64,000 nt of DNA from a virus (taxonomy: Duplodnaviria; Heunggongvirae; Uroviricota; Caudoviricetes). The position numbers were made by a program, and so were the translations under genes. The DNA lies in IMG/VR virus record IMGVR_UViG_2563366960_000002; one strand, given 5' to 3'. This document shows, piece after piece, positions 9,295 through 19,513 of the stretch (positions are counted from its first letter, which is position 1; every line of letters begins with the position of its first letter). Below the pieces are notes generated by a model, which made no database searches, was not told where the DNA came from, and saw only the letters and a program-made list of their open reading frames with translations.

Positions 9295-10512
9295 ATGCCA
9301 ACTGAATATGCTCGCGACAACCTTGGTCGCTATCAGACCGATGGATTAAGTGCAAAAGACTTTAACAAGGTCTTCGATCTTATCCGTAAACAGCAGCGTC
9401 AGAATCGGCGAAACGCGCGGCGTACACTCACCCCAAGGATTATGGGGATGCGTAACCGCGAACTTGAGGCATTCCTCAGCCTTGGGAAAAAGAAAGATGG
9501 CACCTACTTTACGCCCGAAGATATACGCAGTTTCAACACCTCAAGGCAGGCTCATAAAACCAAATTCAAGAGCACGGTACCCGGCATTACCTATGCTCAG
9601 CTGGTGGCGCAGTCCACCAGCATTGATATAAAACGCGCTAACAACAAAGTTTCTGATGGCACAGGGATCAAAGCCGCGACATTCCTCGGGCTAAAACACA
9701 ACCTTGCATTGATATCTGTTAATGCCTCGGATGAGTCGGTCCACCAGCATCACCGTGTCAGAATTCGATTTGAGGAATGGGATAAAGCCGTTGAGGAAAT
9801 TGCTGAAGACGGTGCGAAAAAAGCCCGAATCGCTGCCGATCTCTGCAAGGGCCGGGTATCTTTCGACTGTGATTGTGGACGCCATCAATACTGGTATCGT
9901 TATATGGCCACGGCTGGTAACTATGCTGTCGCGCCGCCAAAAGAGTATGCATTCCCCAAGATCCGCAACCCTGATCTGACTGGTGTAGCCTGCAAACATG
10001 TGTTGCACGCTATGACGCGTTTTCAATCTCCCACATGGCACAAGGCCATCATTATTGCCCTGGAAAAAGCAGCTGAACAGGTGGCCTTCGGCGATGACAA
10101 GCGGAAGACAACAACCTATTTCAAAGGCGAACTGGCTAAATCACTCGCACGCAACCGGACAACAACGACGGATCAGGCTAAAGCGGCGCGTGAGTATGAG
10201 TTATATCTGAAATCTCAGGATGCATTAGGCAAAAAACTACGCGCCAAAGATAGCGCCACGGACAACGTTCGCCGGTTGTTAAAAAAAGCTCGCACCACGG
10301 CAAACAGGAAGAATGCCGAACTAAAAGCATCGCGGGTGAGGGAAGCCCAGGCTCGCGCTGAAGCCGACGCCCTCAAAAAAGCCCTGCAAACGCAGGCGAA
10401 CAACCTCATAAAGTTTTTCATAAGTCAGGGAATGGACAAGGCCGCTGCCACCGCGCAGGCGCGAAGCATTCTTGAGACACAAATTAACGAAGCCCGTAAA
10501 CGGAAAGGATAA
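9295..10512 (+). CDS. hypothetical protein with SWIM-like zinc finger and basic coiled-coil C-terminus
   Basis: 405-aa ORF; FDCDCGRHQYW...GVACKHVLHAM fits CxCxnCxH. Confidence 0.5.
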   Translation: MPTEYARDNLGRYQTDGLSAKDFNKVFDLIRKQQRQNRRNARRTLTPRIMGMRNRELEAFLSLGKKKDGTYFTPEDIRSFNTSRQAHKTKFKSTVPGITYAQLVAQSTSIDIKRANNKVSDGTGIKAATFLGLKHNLALISVNASDESVHQHHRVRIRFEEWDKAVEEIAEDGAKKARIAADLCKGRVSFDCDCGRHQYWYRYMATAGNYAVAPPKEYAFPKIRNPDLTGVACKHVLHAMTRFQSPTWHKAIIIALEKAAEQVAFGDDKRKTTTYFKGELAKSLARNRTTTTDQAKAAREYELYLKSQDALGKKLRAKDSATDNVRRLLKKARTTANRKNAELKASRVREAQARAEADALKKALQTQANNLIKFFISQGMDKAAATAQARSILETQINEARKRKG

Positions 10513-13659
<3,147 letters not shown>

Positions 13660-13660
13660 G

Positions 13661-13689
13661 AAAAGCCCGGCGATCGGGCTTTTCTTTTA
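13661..13689. terminator. bidirectional intrinsic terminator (AAGCCCG-N5-CGGGCTT with flanking A and T runs)
   Basis: Direct read between convergent genes. Confidence 0.65.
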
Positions 13690-13704
13690 TAATGGGTTCA
13701 ATTT

Positions 13705-14679
13705 TTATCCGTTACCGCACGACGGTTTCTGCGTGATAAACGTTTCAAGCATCTTTTCCGCGATTGCCGACCAGGTGTGACACTGGACCTTTTCAGCATT
13801 TTTCAGGCGATCAACGCGAGCAATCACCTCATCCCAATCAATCCGCGACTTGATAACCATATGGTTCACCAAAGCCAGGCGATCTGGCGGAAGGCAATCG
13901 GACGGCGTTAATATCAACGCCCCACACATTGCCGCCTCAAGAACAGTTAATCCAAGGCTTTCGGGATGCGTAACGATAAAAACGTCACTCTTACGCAATT
14001 CAGCTGCAAATTCGGTTGCTGGTACCGGCGTCCGTCTGTATGGAGTTACCGAAATATTCCCCGGATCAATGGTAACCAATCCGTCATCGGTCAACGTTCT
14101 GGCCTCATACGGAACAGTCAGACGCTGAAGGTTCATAAGGATACTTAAGGAGTGATCAAACCCACTAACATCAAATGCAGCGTGGTCTACAAAAATACGC
14201 AGAACATCGTCTGTTTTGGTTTCCAGATGGAACAGCTCCTGATTCGCTGCCCATCCAACATGTTTGTTAAAGCGATTATGACGCTCTAACCTGCCGGGAT
14301 TATCCAGGTACCGCCAGGTATCATCGCGGACAGTAAAAGTAATATCAACTGGTGCCGAATCCAGCATAGAACCGTCGTATACCTGAGCTACCCATCCAGT
14401 GAATCGACGACGCAGTTGCACGCCTATTTCCCTGGGCACCGTAGTAAAATACCGCAATCCTGGCGCTAAAATGGCTTTCGCAGAACACGAGAGCGCAGCG
14501 GTCAACACAGCTTCAACATAATCCTCCGGGCTTTCGACGCCGGGAGAATATGGACGATGGTATTGCAATGTTACCCCAGCCTCACTAAAGGCGCAGGCCA
14601 GGTTGTAAGCCCACATTTCCGTATATGTTTTCACATCACTGATAGCTTCAAATTTTCGCCCAATGATCAGGATGTTCAT
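13705..14679 (-). CDS. GT-B-fold glycosyltransferase-like protein
   Basis: 324-aa ORF; HPESLGLTVLEAAMCGALIL resembles the GT4 E-x7-E region. Confidence 0.5.
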   Translation of the reverse strand: MNILIIGRKFEAISDVKTYTEMWAYNLACAFSEAGVTLQYHRPYSPGVESPEDYVEAVLTAALSCSAKAILAPGLRYFTTVPREIGVQLRRRFTGWVAQVYDGSMLDSAPVDITFTVRDDTWRYLDNPGRLERHNRFNKHVGWAANQELFHLETKTDDVLRIFVDHAAFDVSGFDHSLSILMNLQRLTVPYEARTLTDDGLVTIDPGNISVTPYRRTPVPATEFAAELRKSDVFIVTHPESLGLTVLEAAMCGALILTPSDCLPPDRLALVNHMVIKSRIDWDEVIARVDRLKNAEKVQCHTWSAIAEKMLETFITQKPSCGNG

Positions 14680-14981
14680 TGCGTCTCCTTTTCCCTGACT
14701 AAAAGCTCATCCAGCTTGCTTTTATGTTTGAGCACATAGCCACATATTTTTCCTTTGGAGCTAATTTGCGGAATGGAATAATATTCCGAAAATACTAATT
14801 CAGCCTTTTCTAAGACAAGTGAAACACCATAGCGCGCAACATGTCTGTCGATCATTTTTGCATCTCTGAGATTACCTTTAATTGATAGCCAGTCGTTGAG
14901 GTACATATGGTTGCGATTGGCTTTTTTCAGCATGTCGCTCAACCAATTTTTATTACGCTTAGTTAGTTTCCGTTGCATCAA
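14676..14981 (-). CDS. hypothetical small protein
   Basis: 101-aa ORF translationally coupled between ban and the glycosyltransferase. Confidence 0.4.
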   Translation of the reverse strand: MMQRKLTKRNKNWLSDMLKKANRNHMYLNDWLSIKGNLRDAKMIDRHVARYGVSLVLEKAELVFSEYYSIPQISSKGKICGYVLKHKSKLDELLVREKETQ

Positions 14982-16342
14982 TAATCCTCTTGCCAGTCAG
15001 CACCAGCATAGTTATCAAACCGTGAGTATTGGCCGTTAAAAGCCAATCTCACCGTGCCAATTGGGCCATTTCGTTGCTTACCGATAATCACCTCGGCAAT
15101 GCCCTTCATTTCGCTATCCGGGTGATAAACTTCGTCGCGATACAGAAACATGATCAGGTCTGCGTCCTGCTCAATTGCTCCTGATTCACGTAAATCTGAA
15201 TTTACCGGACGTTTGTCCGCACGCTGTTCAAGCGATCGATTAAGTTGTGACAATGCCACCACCGGTACTTGTAATTCCTTCGCCAACGCCTTCAGTGAGC
15301 GAGAAATCTCGGCAATTTCCAGCGTTCGGTTATCTTGCAGCTCGGGGACGCGCATAAGTTGCAGGTAGTCGATCATAATCATGCTCAAACCACCATTTTC
15401 TTTATAAACACGACGAGCGCGGGAACGTAGCTCTGTCGGCGTCAGGGCGCTTGAGTCATCAATAAAAATATTCTGCTTGTCCAACAGAATCCCCATTGCG
15501 CCAGAAACCCGCGCCCAATCCTCGTCGTTAAGTTGCCCTGTTCGAATACGAGTCTGATCAACGCGTGCAAGAGAAGCCAGTGAGCGCATCATCAGCTGGT
15601 GGCTCGGCATCTCAAGGCTAAAAACCAATACGGGCTTATCGTTACGGACTGCGGCATTTTCGACGAGATTCATCGCAAACGTAGTCTTCCCCATCGATGG
15701 GCGGGCGGCGACAATAATGAGATCGGACGCCTGAAGTCCTGCCGTCTTCTTATTGAGATCGGTAAATCCGGTATCAAGCCCCGTTACACCATCATGCGGT
15801 CGCTGAAACAACTCTTCTATGCGAGATACCGTTGCATCGAGAATGCTGGCGATATCTTTTGGACCACTACCGCTCTTTTGTCGTTTTTCAGCTATTTCAA
15901 AAACGCGGCGCTCGGCCATATCCAGCAATTCATTGCTGCCCCTGCCATCCTGCGCATATCCAGCTTCGGCTATTTCATTTGCGACGGAAATCATTTCACG
16001 AACAACCGCGCGTTCACGAACGATATCCGCATAAGCACAAATATTTGCCGCGCTGGGCGTGTTCTTTGACATCTCCGCAAGGTACGCAAAACCACCGGCG
16101 CGTTCTAATTTACCGTTCTGTTCAAGTGCTTCAGCAAGTGTTATCAAATCAATCGGTTTGCCATGACTTAATAACCTCTCCATCTCACTGAAAATTTCAC
16201 GATGAGCACTGGTATAAAAATCATCAGCAACTATACGATCTGCAACTTCATCCCAGCGGCAGTTATCAAGCATTAAGCCACCAAGTACAGCTTGTTCTGC
16301 ACTAAGGGAATTTGGCATGGATTCAAGAGGGGATGCAGACAT
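14978..16342 (-). CDS. ban: DnaB-family replicative helicase (P1 Ban-like)
   Basis: N-terminal AEQAVLGGLMLD, Walker A ARPSMGKTTFAMN, Walker B IMIDYLQL; start set at ATG 16342 after GGTGGAG RBS (track ORF begins at GTG 16348). Confidence 0.85.
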   Translation of the reverse strand: MSASPLESMPNSLSAEQAVLGGLMLDNCRWDEVADRIVADDFYTSAHREIFSEMERLLSHGKPIDLITLAEALEQNGKLERAGGFAYLAEMSKNTPSAANICAYADIVRERAVVREMISVANEIAEAGYAQDGRGSNELLDMAERRVFEIAEKRQKSGSGPKDIASILDATVSRIEELFQRPHDGVTGLDTGFTDLNKKTAGLQASDLIIVAARPSMGKTTFAMNLVENAAVRNDKPVLVFSLEMPSHQLMMRSLASLARVDQTRIRTGQLNDEDWARVSGAMGILLDKQNIFIDDSSALTPTELRSRARRVYKENGGLSMIMIDYLQLMRVPELQDNRTLEIAEISRSLKALAKELQVPVVALSQLNRSLEQRADKRPVNSDLRESGAIEQDADLIMFLYRDEVYHPDSEMKGIAEVIIGKQRNGPIGTVRLAFNGQYSRFDNYAGADWQEDY

Positions 16343-16627
16343 TAGCACTCCACCCAGGCGTGCTGAATGTCAGATATAATCGGCATACTCAAATCACTCC
16401 TAACGATATGAGTCATCACCAGAAAATCAGGATTAATGCGCCGGACTCTTCCCGGCTGTCACACCGAATCGCCAGGATGGTGAGTCCCTGTATCCGCTAT
16501 CCCTCCAACGGTGACTTGCACATTCCGGCTACCTGGTTTGTTGCCTGAGCTAGGGGAAAAGGTAACCCCTTTAACGTCACCAGACCGCTAACGACGCATG
16601 TGCCAGACGCCGTGTTACAACCAAATA

Positions 16628-16703
16628 TGGTGGCCCCTACCGGACTTGAACCGGTGACCGTGCGATTATGAGTCGCCAGCTCTAACCACTGAGCTAAAGG
16701 GCC
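16628..16703 (-). tRNA. tRNA-Ile (anticodon CAU, ileX-like)
   Basis: Cloverleaf read by eye: acceptor GGCCCTT/AGGGGCC, D-arm GCTC-AGTGGTTA-GAGC, anticodon loop CTCATAA, T-loop TTCAAGT, encoded CCA; near-identical to E. coli ileX as recalled. Confidence 0.8.
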
Positions 16704-16730
16704 GGATTACTGCCAATTTTGCTTACGCTT

Positions 16731-17558
16731 TTATTTCACCGGAACAAACGGAACAGCGGCATTACTGGTCATATACTGCGGTAATGTACCGTTCCATTTG
16801 TTGATCGCTTCCAACTCCATAACACCGGGGTTCTGGCGCAGAGCTTCACCACGTAAACGAATGGCATCAGCTTCGGCCTGGGCTTTTGTGCGAATAGCAT
16901 CAGCCTGTCCGGCAGCTTCCGCGCGCAGCATGTTGGCCTCTGCTTCACGTTGTTTGACCTCTTGCTCGCGTTGCAGGGTTTTTTGGTTTGCCGTAACTTT
17001 GGCGTTAATACTGTCAATAACTGTTGGCGGATATTCTGGCTTACCTACATAAGAGAGGCTCATCACCTGAATGCCGATTGGCGTCATTTCTTCCTGAATG
17101 TCTTTAAGGGCTGCATCAAGCAATTCAGATTTGCCACCGTCGATAAATTTGTCGGTGGTCATTTTGCTGGCTAACCGGTTCAGAGCATCTGCAACCTTCT
17201 GGCGTAGATCGGTATCAGTAATATCATCTACACCTTTGCGATAGGTCTGAAATACCGTTGTGACTTTTGCTGGATCAACCTTGTAGGCTACGCCGATGTG
17301 GTAACCAATGGTTGTTCCGTCGCTCATCTGGAAGCTGAACGGCTCATCGTATGTCTTCATTTGCTTAAAGGTCGGGAAGATATAAACTTCAGTATTCAAG
17401 CCTGTCCAGTAGCGACCAACACCAACTACTTCACCGATACCTTTATCATCCCCCAGCTTATTTACTTTGATCCCTACGTTACCTGGCTCTACCCGATCGC
17501 ATCCGGTCAGACATAAAGAACCCAAAATAATCGCTGCACTAATCAACGTTTTTTTCAT
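16731..17558 (-). CDS. plp: SPFH/band-7 domain lipoprotein (P1 Plp-like)
   Basis: 275-aa ORF; signal peptide with lipobox LTGC; band-7 core and C-terminal coiled coil. Confidence 0.65.
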   Translation of the reverse strand: MKKTLISAAIILGSLCLTGCDRVEPGNVGIKVNKLGDDKGIGEVVGVGRYWTGLNTEVYIFPTFKQMKTYDEPFSFQMSDGTTIGYHIGVAYKVDPAKVTTVFQTYRKGVDDITDTDLRQKVADALNRLASKMTTDKFIDGGKSELLDAALKDIQEEMTPIGIQVMSLSYVGKPEYPPTVIDSINAKVTANQKTLQREQEVKQREAEANMLRAEAAGQADAIRTKAQAEADAIRLRGEALRQNPGVMELEAINKWNGTLPQYMTSNAAVPFVPVK

Positions 17559-17775
17559 TAATTAATTTCCTGGTTTTTTCACGAAAAAAGACTACTGCGA
17601 AAGCCGGGTAAATGAGCGCGAGAAGGACTCCCAACAATACAAGTATTGTGCTGTTAGATGAGATCATATTTGGCAAAAGCCAAACATACAGAACCAGTGA
17701 CACAATCAAACAGAGGACGGCATAAATATATAACCGCACCCATAGCGTTCGACATTTGTTCGGATTGTTCTGCAT
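17539..17775 (-). CDS. small membrane protein (P1 Upl-like)
   Basis: 78-aa ORF with two hydrophobic helices, overlaps plp start. Confidence 0.5.
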   Translation of the reverse strand: MQNNPNKCRTLWVRLYIYAVLCLIVSLVLYVWLLPNMISSNSTILVLLGVLLALIYPAFAVVFFREKTRKLINEKNVD

Positions 17776-17931
17776 CCTCTCACTCCATTATTTAACGAAT
17801 AAAAAAGCTGCGGTGCCGGGTACCTCCCGGTGTCCTTTGGCTGGTTATCCACCGTGGACGGGGAAACAAGGAGAAATGAATGGACTGATATAACCATTTC
17901 CCCGCGTGCGCTTAGCCGCATTCACCGCAAT

Positions 17932-18031
17932 GGTAAGAGCACTTGGCTGGCTGGGCGGCGATGACGCCTGTATGCATTTGGTGATCCGGTTCTGCTTCCG
18001 GCATTCGCTTAATTAGCCAAATACTCTTAAC
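17932..18031 (-). repeat. GGTAAGAGCA-initiated structured element directly 3' of tRNA-Ser (imperfect partner TACTCTTAAC)
   Basis: Direct read; shares terminal motif with elements at 18497 and 19038. Confidence 0.3.
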
Positions 18032-18038
18032 GTTGCGC

Positions 18039-18125
18039 TGGCGGAGAGTAATGGAATCGAACCATCATCGCTTGCGCTATGGGACGGTTTTCAAGACCGC
18101 TTGAGCACCATGCTCCCTACTCTCC
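18039..18125 (-). tRNA. tRNA-Ser (anticodon UGA), class II with long variable arm
   Basis: Acceptor GGAGAGT/ACTCTCC, anticodon arm GCGGT-CTTGAAA-ACCGT, T-loop TTCGATT, encoded CCA; D-arm spacing non-canonical, needs covariance-model check. Confidence 0.65.
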
Positions 18126-18259
18126 CGTTATTGTGGCGACCGGTGCTGATCTCCGGCTTGCGGTTATTTCAGACTCTCACGGGCGTTTAATTGCCCCGCC
18201 GAACAGCTCTTTTCCGCAATAGCTGCAATGTCTTTCGCGCATCAGCCTGCGCATTCACC

Positions 18260-18350
18260 ACAACGTTGAGAACACTGGTTGTCACGCGCAACGCAACATT
18301 TATTCGTAGATTGGGATATGACCCCGTTACGCCAGTGTTCTCAACGTTGT
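18260..18350. repeat. perfect 19-bp inverted repeat ACAACGTTGAGAACACTGG / CCAGTGTTCTCAACGTTGT around a 53-nt spacer
   Basis: Direct read, arms 18260..18278 and 18332..18350. Confidence 0.7.
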
Positions 18351-18496
18351 AGTGCCGGTTACGGTTCCGGCCAGGCCTCTTCCTCAACGGGGTGTTCTCC
18401 ATACGGACTACCGTTTATTGGTCGTTCCTGCGGTTTATGTTGTGAAGCCAGATGCTTATCTTCTGGTTGCTTCAAAGAGCTGCACTTCATCACAAC

Positions 18497-18570
18497 GGTA
18501 AGAGCATTTATGGCTCGCATCGCGGGAAAAAGCCCACGGTAGAGAGTCGAACTCTACAAATGCTCTTACC
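18497..18570 (-). repeat. tRNA-sized palindromic element (13-bp terminal stem GGTAAGAGCATTT/AAATGCTCTTACC, internal T-arm-like hairpin) directly 3' of tRNA-Thr
   Basis: Direct read; no full cloverleaf could be drawn. Confidence 0.45.
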
Positions 18571-18578
18571 TGTTGTGT

Positions 18579-18654
18579 TGGTGCCGGTTAACGGGATCGA
18601 ACCGCTGACCATTCGCTTACAAAGCGACTGCTCTACCAACTGAGCTAAACCGGC
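18579..18654 (-). tRNA. tRNA-Thr (anticodon UGU)
   Basis: Acceptor GCCGGTT/AACCGGC, D-arm GCTC-AGTTGGTA-GAGC, anticodon loop TTTGTAA, T-loop TTCGATC, encoded CCA. Confidence 0.8.
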
Positions 18655-18658
18655 AATT

Positions 18659-18745
18659 TGGTGGGGAGTGATGGAGTCGAACCACCCGAGTCGCAATGAC
18701 AGTAGATTTACAGTCTACCCCGCTACCCCTACGGACTAACTCCCC
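18659..18745 (-). tRNA. tRNA-Tyr (anticodon GUA), class II
   Basis: Anticodon arm GTAGA-CTGTAAA-TCTAC and variable arm nearly identical to E. coli tRNA-Tyr as recalled; acceptor GGGGAGT/ACTCCCC; D-arm spacing irregular. Confidence 0.65.
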
Positions 18746-18750
18746 TAAAT

Positions 18751-18827
18751 TGGCGATGGTGGGTGGATTCGAACCACCGACCGACAGCTTAGAAGGCTGC
18801 TGCTCTATCCTACTGAGCTACACCATC
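18751..18827 (-). tRNA. tRNA-Arg (anticodon UCU)
   Basis: Acceptor GATGGTG/CACCATC, D-arm GCTC-AGTAGGATA-GAGC, anticodon arm GCAGC-CTTCTAA-GCTGT, T-arm GGTGG-TTCGAAT-CCACC, encoded CCA. Confidence 0.8.
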
Positions 18828-19037
18828 ACTTGCCGGGTACGTCTCCGGCGAGGGCTTCCACCTCCGTATGCTTTTCGGCGCACCGCGCCCTGGCTGCAAT
18901 TCGGTAACAGGGGATGCACAACCCTGGCTTCCAACGTGATTAGCGCCTTCAGCATGACGGGATATACCCGTAGTAGGACGTTATCTTCAAATTGCTAAAA
19001 GCAATTGCTGTTACGCAGAATGAAAAAGGACGTAACA

Positions 19038-19105
19038 GGTAAGGACGCTGACCAAAAAGATGGCCCCTTCTCGCTCATCTGGTTAATCGAACCAGCGCCC
19101 TTACC
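19038..19105. repeat. palindromic element GGTAAGGACGC...GCGCCCTTACC with internal CTGG-TTAATCGAA-CCAG hairpin
   Basis: Direct read; terminal motif shared with 18497..18570. Confidence 0.4.
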
Positions 19106-19496
19106 TGTTGTGCCTCCCCGTTCCCTAATACACAGACGGGGACACTCTGCGGTCGATTTTTTGACGGGGGACGACTCATACCCCGTGGCGTCTGGCTTCT
19201 TAGGCCGCTACCATCATCAGATCATCGTTTGCATTTACTTTAATGGTCAGTTTCTAAACCGCCGCAAAGTCGCTAACCATGACGAAAACCCTGAAAAAAA
19301 CGCCCACCCGAAGATGGGCAAACTGGAAGCTCGTAACGCACTTCGGTGTTGCCACTTAGGCGTATGGTCAACCTGGCAACTCGGCGTCATGATGGGGAAG
19401 GAGTCACTACCCCGCCATACTTGCCGCCGCGCCTGTCGCGGCTAACAGCTAAATCGCTCTATAAATCACGATTCATTGATGCGATATTACACTAAT

Positions 19497-19513
19497 AAAT
19501 TTATTAGAGCAAT
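19497..19513 (-). promoter_or_regulatory. C1-type operator, perfect 17/17 ATTGCTCTAATAAATTT, overlapping the last codons and stop of dmt
   Basis: Direct read; -35-like TTGCTC inside, TAATAT 17 bp downstream on minus strand; a degenerate inverted site follows at 19451..19469. Confidence 0.7.

Noticed and set aside
19106-19215. Additional tRNA between 19106 and 19215 and in 17776..17930
   Set aside because: No T-arm (GTTCGA-type) or acceptor pairing could be drawn on either strand
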